DNA of 64,000 nucleotides from Octopus vulgaris (Eukaryota): NCBI GenBank assembly GCA_951406725.2, contig OX597819.1, positions 40,796,001 to 40,860,000 of the forward strand, read 5' to 3'. Shown piece by piece: positions 27,641 to 39,315 of this stretch (position 1 is its first letter; each line of letters starts with the position of its first letter). The notes under the pieces were generated by a model. It saw only the letters and a program-made list of their open reading frames with translations, ran no database searches and was not told where the DNA came from. The position numbers and the translations under genes were made by a program.

Positions 27641-27841
27641 AACTTCTTCCTGCTTGTCAGTGGTAGCTAGACGGTAGTCTTCATAGCCTAAGAATTTCTC
27701 TCTGAAAATTTCAGTGGAATTGTCAGGAACCAGAAGGACATTTTGATTCATGAGAGAGACGTAATCTCTGAAAGTAATTATAGTGTTGCCCAAGTTTCTT
27801 CTCACAGCTACTATGCGTTTGTTGAGTCCAGCTATGGCGAT
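27641..27841 (-). CDS. Exon 3 (IAIAGLNKRIVAVRRNLGNTIITFRDYVSLMNQNVLLVPDNSTEIFREKFLGYEDYRLATTDKQEEV)
   Basis: Acceptor ttctacag|, donor GTT|gtaagt; 201 nt, phase 0-0. Confidence 0.88.
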
Positions 27842-28145
27842 CTGTAGAATAGAGACAGTTAAGACAAAAACAGAGGTTACCAATGGTTATGTATCAATAA
27901 ATCTCAATATCATCTTTTTATGTTTTATCTTTCATCATTTATTGGTTCTAGTTTTAAGACTGCGACTATCCCGGGGCACCGCCTTGAAGGGTTAGTCAAA
28001 TCGACTCCAGGACTTTTTTTTTAAAGCTTTGCTCTTATCTGTTGGTTTGTTTTGCTGAACCGCTAAGTTACAGGTACGTAAACAAACCAACACCAGTTGT
28101 CAAGCGGTGGTTGGGAACAAACACATAGACATACACATACAAACA

Positions 28146-28197
<52 letters not shown>

Positions 28198-28584
28198 CAT
28201 GTATACATGCATATATATATATAGATATATATACATACATACGTATATACATAGATATGCATATACATATATATATATACATATATATTCATACATATAT
28301 ATATATATACATATATATATACATATATATAGCTGTATACATACACACACATACACACGTATATACATAGATATACCTACGTGCACACACATGCACACAC
28401 ACACACACACGCACGCACGCACACACACACACACACGACTGGTTTCCGTCAACCAAATTCACTCACAAAGCTTCCGTCGACTCAAGACTATAATTAATTC
28501 GTAAAAGCCACTTGCTCAAGGGTGCCACGCAGTAGAGCTAAATCAATAAAAGTTGGTTCTTTGTTCTTGTCTATTTACTCTTTA

Positions 28585-28988
28585 ACTCTTTTACTTGTTT
28601 CAGTCATTTGACTGCGGCCATGCTGGAGCACCGCCTTTAGTCGAGCAAATCGACCCCGGGACTTATTCTTTTGTAAGCCCAGTACTTATTCTATCGGTCT
28701 CTTTTGCCGAACCGCTAAGTGACGGGGACGTAAACACACCAGCATCCGTTGTCAAGCAATGCTAGGGGGACAAACACAGACACACAAACACATACACACA
28801 CATATACATATATATACATATATACGACAGGCTTCTTTCAGTTTCCGTCGACCAAATCCACTCACAAGGCATTGGTCGGCCCGGGGCTATAGCAGAAGAC
28901 ACTTGCCCAAGATGCCATGCAGTGGGACTGAACCCGGAACCATGTGGTTGGTTAGCAAGCTACTTACCACACAGCCACTCCTGCGCCT
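28585..28988 (-). mobile_element. Full-length tRNA-derived SINE (family starting aggcgcaggagtggctgtgtgg); other copies at about 11120-11378, 16150-16615, 27945-28540, 41905-42060, 53264-53695
   Basis: A/B boxes (ggttcagtccc), cttgggcaagtgtct core, internal microsatellite, tail ...actgaaacaagtaaaa. Confidence 0.9.
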
Positions 28989-29272
28989 ATATTTGTTTAT
29001 TTTTATGTTAATTTCCTGACCAAACCTGATCTAATACATTGATCTTCTGATAATAATAATTCCGGTTATGATCACTACTTTCTTTTTAAATATCAAGACG
29101 TCAGTTGTTAAATGCGCCCTCTTTTTTAAGATTGTAAGAGAAATTTGGTTGTTATTTCTAACAGATCAAATGTCCACATAGAGGTTAATTTTTTGACTGT
29201 CTGCAAAAACTCAGTTAAACTGAGAGTAACAACAACAACAACAACAACAACAACAGCAGCAGCAGCAGCAGC

Positions 29273-29335
<63 letters not shown>

Positions 29336-30210
29336 AATAATAATAATAATAATAATAATTATAAAAGAAGATAAAGGTTAGCAAGTCTGTTACTTTTCCG
29401 CCATAACCAGAGTCGAGAGAGGTGTTGTATAGAAACACGTTATTTGCTCCGACTCTTACTACTGTGAGTTCAAATCCCGCTGAGGTCAACATTATCTTTC
29501 ATCCTTTCGGAGCACAATTAGAACAATGAAAAAGAAAAAAAGAAGGTACCACTCCGGGGGTAGTGGATTAACGGAGTTGTGAGAAAGTCGGTTAGGATGC
29601 CTAGCGGTAACTACTCTGGCTCTGTGCATTTTGAGCTCAAATCCCACTCCGTCACGGAAAACGATAATTCTGTCAGATGTAACTAATGAATAGTATCCGT
29701 AGTTAAAAAAACAAAAAAAAAAACAAAAACCAAAAACAATGGAGATGTAATAATCTCCCTTAATTCTCTCGGAAGAGGAAGATGATTTATTGTACATCTA
29801 TCAAAACTAGCCAATGAGGAAACGTCTACATGACATGCCGGCTTGAATTGCAAGAGAGAGCAACTAAATTTCTTTCAAACTGCAACTAACTTCTTTTAAG
29901 TAAGGACATAGATAACGTTTCCTAGGTTACACTATTCCTGAAAAATAAATAAATAAATAAATAAATAAAAGGGAAAAAATAGACGAGCTGGTCATATTTT
30001 GGATTTCTTCGATCATGGATGTGTCTAGTCAGGAACAACTCGGGGCAAAACAACAATAACAACACGAACATGATGATAATGTTCATGTACCAACGTTTGT
30101 ATATAAACCCCAAAGTTTCGCTATCTCGGGTTTTCTATGACATCTTAGTAATACAGCAAATATTTTCCTGAAATTACTTCGTAAAACACGTTTGCAGTTT
30201 AGTAAATATC

Positions 30211-30399
30211 CAGTTCTATATTTAAGAGATGAGGAATTATGTACCTTATTTACATTATTTACATTCGACGGATATTTGTCCTCATCTTGTTTGTTGTTAA
30301 CACAACGTTTCGTCTGATATACCCACCAGCCTTCATCAGGTGTCTTGGGAAAATTTCGAACCTAAGTTCTCATTTCTAAGGTATTTTTCGATGTTGTTG

Positions 30400-30455
<56 letters not shown>

Positions 30456-31000
30456 GAGTGAGGGAGCAGTGCATGCCATCAAAGTGACACTGGGGTAAAA
30501 TATACGAAGCCCAGTATACCCATCATGACTACCCGTCTGATAAGGGTACACCAGGCACATGCATCACAACCATATGTGCGCGACATGGTGATCTTATATC
30601 AAGATAGACAGCGCATGACCTTGCAGGTGGGAACCAGTTAGAATTTTCTTCAGGTCGAGTAGCCCATCCCACTCAAAAGGTCCTTGAATAAGGGTTGTTT
30701 AAGGATGTTGAACGAAACACCCATGTTTCCAGAGGTGAATTATTCAAACCCCAAAGAATTCCTCTCAACACATGGCTATGATGCTCCCCCACTACTTCTG
30801 CTCGTGATCAGAGATGCACATATTGTCAGCCACTAAGGGACATGCTCAACTGGTTAAGGTCAAACAACTGACAAGCAAATCTGTGGTATGGAGCAGAATA
30901 TTTGCGGTAGCCCATTTTTTATACCAAGACAAAACAATGTACATGATAACACTTCCAATCAGTTAAGATCAGAAGCCACTGCCTGGTACTGCATCAGGGC

Positions 31001-31063
<63 letters not shown>

Positions 31064-31160
31064 GGTCACTGCCTGGAATCGAACTCGGAATCTTGGGGTT
31101 AGTCCACGCCATATGCCCGTGGACAAATATCCGTCAAATGTCAATAATGTAAATAATGTG
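30211..31160 (-). mobile_element. tRNA-head/(AAT)n/hammerhead PLE-type element with a short inverted tail piece, interrupted by a nested repeat
   Basis: Tail 30211-30392 with CTGATGA core; tRNA-like head 31062-31120; inverted tail piece 31121-31159; flanks gtaaatatcc/gtaaacatcc. Confidence 0.75.
30456..31002. mobile_element. Dispersed repeat inserted in an (AAT)n tract, probably non-autonomous R4/Dong type; a diverged partial copy lies at about 12110-12425
   Basis: Flanked by (ATT)n on both sides; catgccatcaaagtgacactggggta... shared by the two copies. Confidence 0.6.
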
Positions 31161-31751
31161 GTAAACATCCGTTATATAATCTATATACAAGGGCGAACAA
31201 TTCTGAGAGCAGTAGTCAGTCGACACTATCGACCCAAGTACAGAACTGGTACTTTATTTTATCAACTCAGGAAGAATGAAGGGTAAAGTTGAACCTCAGC
31301 GGGATTTGAACTTGGAACGTAAAAAGCCGAAAGAAATACTGCGAAATGATTTTTTTCTAACGATTCTGGCACTCCACAGTCCTTATTCCATTGTAGCTGA
31401 ATAATTGTAGAAATAATTACATCGTGAAAGAATCATTTAAACCATTTCAGATCACACAAATGTTGTTACACTGTTTTCATTTATTATCCTTGTAGTGCTG
31501 TCAACTACGAAGTGTGTATAAAAGTTTCGTCGCGTCTATGCCGTCTAGTCACTGACGCAATCACCCTACAACTCTTGAAAATCAAATTTTATAAATCCTG
31601 GAGGTGTTGGCGGTGTGGCTGTACAATTAAGAAGTTCGCTTCGAAACCTACTGCATGGCACCTCGAGCAAGTGTCTTCTTAACGATAAGAAAAAAGAGAT
31701 TGGTAGAATAAGCACAGTACTGGGAGGTGGAGTAAATTTTGATGAACAAAC

Positions 31752-31896
31752 CGGGCATGGGCATTCTTTCTCGACTGGCGAGCTGCATGAGACATGGCTC
31801 ATCATCAGGCGAGTCGCACAACAAAAAATTTTCGAGGTAATTTTCGTTGGGCGTGCTACTGAGAAAGTCCCACGAGCCACTGTTTGCCCATGGCTG
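31752..31896. mobile_element. hAT-type MITE, same family as 39170-39315
   Basis: CGGGCATGGGCA...TGCCCATGGCTG ends; shared atggctcatcat core. Confidence 0.7.
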
Positions 31897-32698
31897 GACT
31901 AAACCATTGCATATGGTGTTCCAGCATGGCCGCTGTTCAATGACAAACAAATAAAGGAAAAGAATCTTCCATCATTGGCCTAATTAGTGTCAGTTTGATG
32001 TATAAAATAATTAATTCTCTTATATCTTGGTTCATTGTCTTTTTAGTGTGTGAGGAAATCATGTTTTCAAACTTTGGACTTGTGTGTCTATTGTTAAGTT
32101 TCTCATGCATTCAACTGCCCTTAGCTTTCATTGTTTTCTCCCCACTCCTCAACCCCAATAACAGACGTGGTGTTTAAATATCTAACAACCGCCACCTCTT
32201 CAGTTTTTTTTTTGATATCTCAAACGAGTATACGTGGTCATTTAAAGAGCCACTTGTTCACATCTCGTGAACCTTGGATGATCAGTGGCGACAGAAGACT
32301 GATAGAAACCCTTCAAGTTTTAAGAAGAAAAATATATTTAACTAAATCATTTATCCCTTTCTTTTTTTTAAATTTTGTATTGGTATAATTCAGCAGATTT
32401 TGGGATTAAGTTAAAACTTGTACTTGTTTCAGTCACTAGACGACGGTCATGCTGGGACACCGCTTTGAAGGATTTAGTCGAACAAATAGACCCCAGGACT
32501 TTTCTTAAATCTGGTAACTTATTCTATCGGGATTCATTTGCTGAATGACTAAGTTACGGAGAGGTAAACAATCCAATACCGGTTGTCAAGCGGTGGGAGG
32601 ACACACACATAACATATACAGATATTCTCTCTCTCTCACACACATATATATTGATATATACATACATTTATGGATGTTTGTATACACACACACATATA

Positions 32699-33415
32699 TA
32701 CGAGGGGTGTTCATTAAAGATTTTCCCTGACCCACTTCCGATTATTGCAGGAAACGGAACTTGAATATTATTGTGTTTAGGAATGGTCATTTTACCAGTT
32801 TAGCCAATAAAAACACACGCACTATATATTTGGTATTACTTTGCTTCAGCATTATTAATTTTTTACATTAATCTTAATTTTATTTCGGCCAGAGTTCTTT
32901 CGTCACACTCCTGTGACTGCATCAGTGGTCCTTTGCTTTCTTCTTTCTTATCTGTGTGTCTCTCCTTACTAACGGTCAGCCATTTTGTATTTTGTATTCC
33001 TATTGTATGTGTCTTCATTTGCGCATGCGTATACCTCTACGTGTGTCTATGTTTAGTTATAATCATACATGTCTACATGTCACATTGTAAATCGCAGCTC
33101 TCCACTAGTATTCGTATGTCTTTTACGGCTGCTGCTAAGATGGACTAAGGTGTTATAATGGAGGCAGTTGAATGCAAGTCCGTGATCAGGTTCTTATACT
33201 TGAAAGGTCGTGCACCAAAAGAGACTATCGATGAAGTGAAAGAAGTTTATGATGACGATGCACCGTTATACAACGTAGTCAAGCTGAGGCATCGCCAGTT
33301 CAAATGTGGTCGGACATCCGTGGAAGCTACTCCTATTCCTGGACGGCCACATTCCGCCATTGATGATGGCACCATACATAAAGTGGAACGCCATTTTGGA
33401 TCTCGCTTCTCACAA
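32699..33415 (+). mobile_element. mariner 5' part (TIR and HTH) with an unrelated insert at about 32760-33070
   Basis: ta|CGAGGGGTGTTC TIR; VIRFLYLKG....EVY..DAPLYNVVK....FKCGRTSVE..PIPGRP. Confidence 0.8.
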
Positions 33416-34499
33416 TAAAGAAACATTTCTCATGGCACAAACCGACAAAATGGAAAAGGCGTTGCCCAGGATGTCAAGGAAGATGCGCTGGAACAACCAC
33501 TCTGACTCACGGGGCTCGCAATAGTGGACAGCAAATTCCGCCCCGGTAGCGGTGAGTGAACAGGGATATGATCCGAGAACCAAGAACACCGGAGGTCTCA
33601 ACAGCCACAGGCTCGACTATAAACCTGTCGGAGAGCGACCGATAACTTGAGAGTTTGTTTTTCTCAGCATGATGAGCAGCGGAGCTTGGACATCCCGTTT
33701 CACCAAGGAAAGAACCTTAAAATATAACACTCGCAACCTATAAAACAATTTAAAATTTACACTGATACAGCTGACTACCTAGAGGAGATATTCTAACTTT
33801 ACAGCTATGTAAACTTGGCCAACTGAAAGTTAATTAAGTTGGCCACACAACGAAGTGGTGGTGACTGGATACAAACTATCAAATTGCTAGCTTGTTCGGC
33901 ACTCTATCGATTCTCACGTACGCAATCAAGATTATATCACGAAATCATTGATCCTTCTTTAGAGACACGAGATAGTTAAGATCCGTGCAACAACGAATTC
34001 TTTGCGCTTACATCAGAGTACAATTCAGACCACAGGGTTTTTGCGTTTGACTACAACAGCTCACTTTCTCCCTACCTCGTCTACATCACTTAGAGACAAA
34101 ACTTTAATGAACGATAGTTCAACCACTGGCTCACTATACTGCAATGTTTACTCCTTTATGCCCCAGTAACTGTTACAACAATGAAATTTGTTCCTCTGAA
34201 TGGAAGACTCATGACCGCCTACCTCTAGGTCCTTTTAATGGGCTTGCTTTTATTCTTTCCTCTACTCCACCATGCACCAAGCCCCGTATCAAATATTCTG
34301 ACCAACATCTCTCTGTTACTCAGTCCCTTCGTAATCAACCGATTCAGTTCTCTTCTCTAAATACTTACTTTCAATATTTCAAATTGAATATTTGCCATAT
34401 TAAACTCACCCAGTTTTGCAGTTCTAGTATTAAGGGCGCTTTCTATATGCTTCAGACATTTTTGAATTTTCACGATGGATAACACTATTACTTTTAGAG

Positions 34500-36572
34500 A
34501 AGAAAGGTATAGTCATATAAATCGCCCCTAATCCTTGACACGTATTTTATTTCATCGAAGCCAAAAGGATGAAAGACAAAGTTGACCTTTGCGGGGTTTG
34601 AGCTTCGAACCTAAAGTGTTATGAGTATTTTGTCCAACTCTTTAACGATTCTGCGAATTCATCGCTCAATATTTTTAATAATTTTAATTTTTCTTGAATG
34701 CTAGGAGTCATAGGGCCGGCTACCCGGTTTCCAGGGCATATAAGTAACCGAGATCACAACATTCCCTCTTTAATGGGACACTGATTCATTGCAGGGTTCA
34801 AAGTGGGCAATTTTGAAGGGAGGGGACAAGCCTATTACATCCAGTACTTAACTAGTACTTTATTTTATCGACCTCTGAAGGGTTGAATGATGAAGTTGAG
34901 TTCAGCGGGTTTTGTACTCTGAAGGTAAAGTGCCAGAAAAAAATTCCGTTAAGCATTCTGTTCAGCACGCAAACGATTCTGCCAGCTCGCTGCCTTCATC
35001 GTTCCATTTACATTTATTAATCACAATATCGTTTTCAAATTTTGGCATATGGCCAGCAATTTCGGGGGAGGGGGTAAATCGTTTACATCGACCCCACTCC
35101 TCAACTAGAACTTTTTTTCATCGACCCCAAAAGAATGAAAGGCAGAGTCGACCTCGGCGGAATTTGAACTAAGAACGTTCAGAGACGGATGAAATGCCGC
35201 TAAGCATTTTTGCCCGGCGCAGTAACGATTCTGCCAGCTCGCCGCTTTATTATATTATCAACAACATTAAAAAGGACAAATCAATATCATAATGAGATAA
35301 AAGACGCTTACCAGTAAATTTCTGTCCATATTTTTTATGGTTTCATTATTAAGCTGTCCATAACTAGCTGCCAAGTCACAGTGGTAAGGAAGTATGGCCA
35401 TGTCCTCTACATCTTCTGTTTTTGACGATTGTATCATTCTACGAGCCAGGGCAACCACAGCACCAGTTGTGCTGAGACCTGCAGACGAAGCTGTATGAAA
35501 GGAGCAAGAGAATGTTTTATTTAATAACGTATGTTTATTAAAACTATGTAAATGGATATATTCGTTTGGCTGAACCATGTTAAAATAATACTTTTAATTT
35601 TTGGCACAAGGCCAGTAATTGTGATAGGAGGAGATATTCGATTACATCGAATTAAGTGCTCAATTTGTACTTATTTTATCGAACCTGAAAGGATGAAGGG
35701 CAAAGTCAACATCGGTGGAACTTGAACCTAGAACATAAAGCCGAAAGAAATTACGTTAAGCATTTAGTCCGGCATGTTAACGATTTTGCTGGCTCACTGT
35801 CCTATATTGTTAAAATAATCCTTTCTACTAAAAACGCAAGGCCTGAATTTTTGTGAGGTGTGGTTTGTCGATTACATGGACCCAAGTGCTCAACTGGTAT
35901 ATATTTTATCGACTCCGATGGATGAAACGCAAAGTCGACCTCGGCAACATTTGGGCTCTGACGAAATGTTGCTACGCAGTGATAGTTCTGTCAGCTTGTC
36001 ACATTCCGGACCGAATATTGTTTACTACTCTAGGCACAAAGCCCGAAATTTTGAGGGAGGGGGCCAGTCGATTAAATCGACCCCAGTACGCAACTGATAC
36101 TTATTTAATTGACCCGAAAGGATAAAAAGCAAAGTCGACCTCGGCGGAATTTGAACTCAGAACGTAACGGCAGACGAAATACCTATTTCTTTACTACCCA
36201 CAAGGGGCTAAACACAGAGGAGGACAAACAAGGACAGACAAACGGATTAAGTCGATTATATCGACCCCAGTGCGTAACTGGTACTTATTTAATCGACCCC
36301 GAAAGGATGAAAGGCAAAGTCGACCTCGGCGGAATTTGAACTCAGAACGTAGAAGCAAACGAAATACCTATTTCTTTACTACCCACAAGGGGCTAAACTC
36401 AGAGGAGACAAACAAGGACAGACAAACGGATTAAGTCGATTATATCGACCCTAGTGTGTAACTGGTACTCAATTTATCGACCCCGACAGGATGAAAGGCA
36501 AAGTCGACCTCGGCGGAATTTGAACTCAGAAGGTAACGGCAGACGAAATACGGCTACGCATTTCACCCGGCG
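34500..36572 (-). mobile_element. Cluster of tRNA-derived SINE copies (family ggcgagctggcagaa...gagttcaaattccgccgaggtcgac) around exon 2; further copies at 13070-13440, 40129-40353, 40598-40823
   Basis: Repeated B box gagttcaaattcc and tttcatcctttcggggtcgat core; TSDs agtaagtcataatc (40129 copy) and taagagatgac..cata (40598 copy). Confidence 0.9.
35312..35490 (-). CDS. Exon 2 (ASSAGLSTTGAVVALARRMIQSSKTEDVEDMAILPYHCDLAASYGQLNNETIKNMDRNLL)
   Basis: Acceptor ttcatacag|, donor CTG|gtaag; 179 nt, phase 1 to phase 0; open in ORF 35267..35578. Confidence 0.85.
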
Positions 36573-37030
36573 AATATTTTCTGAACCGAATATTTTTTTA
36601 TAGCTATTGAGTCAAGCCTAGAGCAATGAGTGAAGAATTCGACCTCGGGAGGAATTTCTTTCTTTTTTGAAAGATTTGGTGTCCACACCAAAAAACTTCT
36701 CCAATAGCCTTTGCAGCTTCTCATTCAAAGGAACTGTTGAGATCGATTTAGTTAATGGACAACTAAAACAGCTACAAGTTGATACTTGCGAGGAAAACAA
36801 GGGCAAAGGAGGAAATTGAGAGGGTTATTACACGAAATGTCATTATCGATGGATATTTATGTAACAAGAATGTACGTTTTCTGAGCTATGGTTCGTTGTC
36901 TTCGTCATCCTCACAATATTTGCTGCTGTCTCTATGTACATCTTCATCTACCATTTCTTCTGTCTTAACACTTCGTGTCTTTGACTAAGCAACATATAAA
37001 TAAAATAAAGCAGTCAAAAATAAAGACATA

Positions 37031-37552
37031 CCGTAAATCTTCGAGTATAGTCCGCCTTTGAGTATAACACGCAAGGGATTTTTAGGGGGCTTTACTGCTG
37101 AAAAATCTAAACCTTGTGTATGATACCTACCCCTTCTCTAACTTGAGCCGTGCGTAATTAAACCAGCAGCACCTAGTCGAACAAACACTTACGCGCATGC
37201 GTAATACAATAATGGTGATGTTCTTGACTGTTATATGGGAATGTAAATATGTTTGCAAATTGTTTTTGCTACATGTTATTCTGTGTTCTGAATACTTTTA
37301 TTGTAATAAATGTTGCTTACTGCAAGTTATGGATAATTTTTTTATGACTTCATTGCTTTCAGGCTTAGCTTAAGGTATTTTCGCGTCCGACATCACAAAA
37401 TGCATCTGAATAAACATTGCCGGACAGCAAATAGAGACTAGGACATTGCTTAGAAAATAATTTTCATTTTTAACCTCGTATATAGTACGCACTAGGGATT
37501 TTGACCATTAAATTTTGTGAAAAAAGTGCGGATTATACTCGAGGATTTACGG
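37031..37552. mobile_element. pogo/Tigger-type MITE in intron 1
   Basis: TIRs CCGTAAATC(T/C)TCGAGTATA(G/A)TCCGC with TA TSD. Confidence 0.9.
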
Positions 37553-38497
37553 TACTTTACAATACTAGATCTACTTTAGTTAAAGAAGTGTTAGGAAGAA
37601 AATAAGAAGTTAAGTTACTTTACTGAATCGAAAGACCTAGTTTCAACAAAGGGGCTTTGCTGATAATGTTATCGTGATTACGACTTTGAAGAGGCAGTGA
37701 ACTTTGAAGTTACATCTCAGCATTTGAAGACAAACCAGTTTAAAGTTAATTTCACTATATTACATATGTGGGACTTTACCGTCACCCACACACCACACAA
37801 CACACATGCATTCACACGCATACACGCACGCACAAACACGCACGCACTCACTCACGTACGTACGTATACGCACATACACAAATGCTGTTGCTAAGTAAAA
37901 AACTGTAGAGTGCAATAGTTTATTTAGGCCTGTCCAGTACTGGATGTCTTGCTGGTGTTATGCAGCTGATCATTGACTTCCCTGTTCCTTTCGGCCACTA
38001 GGTAATATTTTACATGTGTCACATAAGGAGCAAACGCGAAAAAATCCCATGTGCAATAGGAAAAGAATGGACGAAACAAGAAATTCCTTTGGCTTTTGAT
38101 GGAAATACATTTTTATGTTTTCACTTGATTACAACGTGGACAGAATTGGATTTTTTTTTAATAATAAAAAAAAAACAAAAACAAAGTAAGCAATTATAGG
38201 TATAAACGAAACGCCTTACAGGAAGACTTTATAAAACAATACTATATGATTCATCACAGTACGAGTTATATGATTGGAACAAAAGATCGATGGGGTGCCT
38301 ATCGGTGGGACGACAACCTGGGTTTTCATAAGGCTGCTGGAACAGGATTGATCGAGGGGTTATTCAACAGCAACAAAAATAATCATAATGTTAATTTTTG
38401 AACAGCATTTGCCACGTATTTTAAAGTTATTACAAAGGATTGTTAGTTATTACAAAGGATATTAATAGTTTTTTTTTTTTGTTCATCATGTACTTAC

Positions 38498-38549
38498 CAT
38501 TTGAATAGGCAAAGGACCACAACAGTAACAGAGCAACTATGAGCTTCAT
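38498..38549 (-). CDS. Exon 1 of a 5-exon secreted protein gene (signal peptide MKLIVALLLLWSFAYSN)
   Basis: ATG in aaacATG context; 52 nt (17 codons + 1); donor G|gtaagt; basic-hydrophobic-small residue signal peptide pattern; phase 1 matches exon 2. Confidence 0.85.
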
Positions 38550-38580
38550 GTTTGCCTTCAGTATCGCGTATGTTTTCAGT

Positions 38581-38613
38581 AATGAAACTGAACGTTATTT
38601 TTATCCGTTTATA
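38581..38613 (-). promoter_or_regulatory. Candidate core promoter (TATA box plus Inr) of the secreted-protein gene
   Basis: TATAAA at 38613-38608; Inr-like TCAGTT (A at 38589) and TCATT (A at 38583, 30 nt after the TATA start); 34-40 nt 5' UTR. Confidence 0.45.
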
Positions 38614-39169
38614 TTATTTAGACAGATGGTTATTTCTCAAGAATGTTTTAACCGAGAACAAAGATGCTAGTAATAACACTGTTAGACATAAACAATATAT
38701 TTAGAGACATGTTAGATGAGGGAGGATGTGGGGCTTCATAATAATAACAACAACAATATATTAGTCAAGTTTAGAAATAAAATTACCTTAACGACATTGT
38801 ATAGAAGACTAACTGGCATGTGTTTATTGTCACATAGAGTGCATTATACGCAGCACTTTTAACGTAACTTTCGAGCAAAATTAATTATTTTATCCATTAA
38901 AATTGTTTGTACATAGTTTCATCGATAAATGTTACTTTTTTGTTGCACGGGAAAATTTAGATAATGTATTAGTTTTAGTTTAAAGGATTGTTATAAGAGA
39001 ACGTACTAACGTATTTTATCTTCTATTTTTATCCTCTTCAAGATACTCTATTCTATCAGCTTTAGCTAAAAGTAAACGTCAATAAAAATAGGTGGGCTAT
39101 ATTAATGCGAGTTGAAAAATGCCACAGAAGAATGACAGCTATCCGAAACGATAAGATATTAGACTAGAC

Positions 39170-39315
39170 CAGGCATGGAAAACCTTTTTCGAGAAGCGGA
39201 CCACGTAAGATATGGCTCATCATTAAGCGGGCCGCACTACTAAATGATTTTATGGTGATTTTTCGTTAGGCGTGCCACTCACAATGTCTTGCGGATCGTA
39301 GTTTGCTCATGACTG
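39170..39315. mobile_element. hAT-type MITE about 0.6 kb upstream of the ATG
   Basis: CAGGCATGG...CATGACTG ends; 8-bp TSD gactagac/aactagac. Confidence 0.75.

Noticed and set aside
36618-36806. 62-aa minus-strand ORF as an extra exon
   Set aside because: No acceptor/donor pair keeps the frame; exon 1 joins exon 2 cleanly without it
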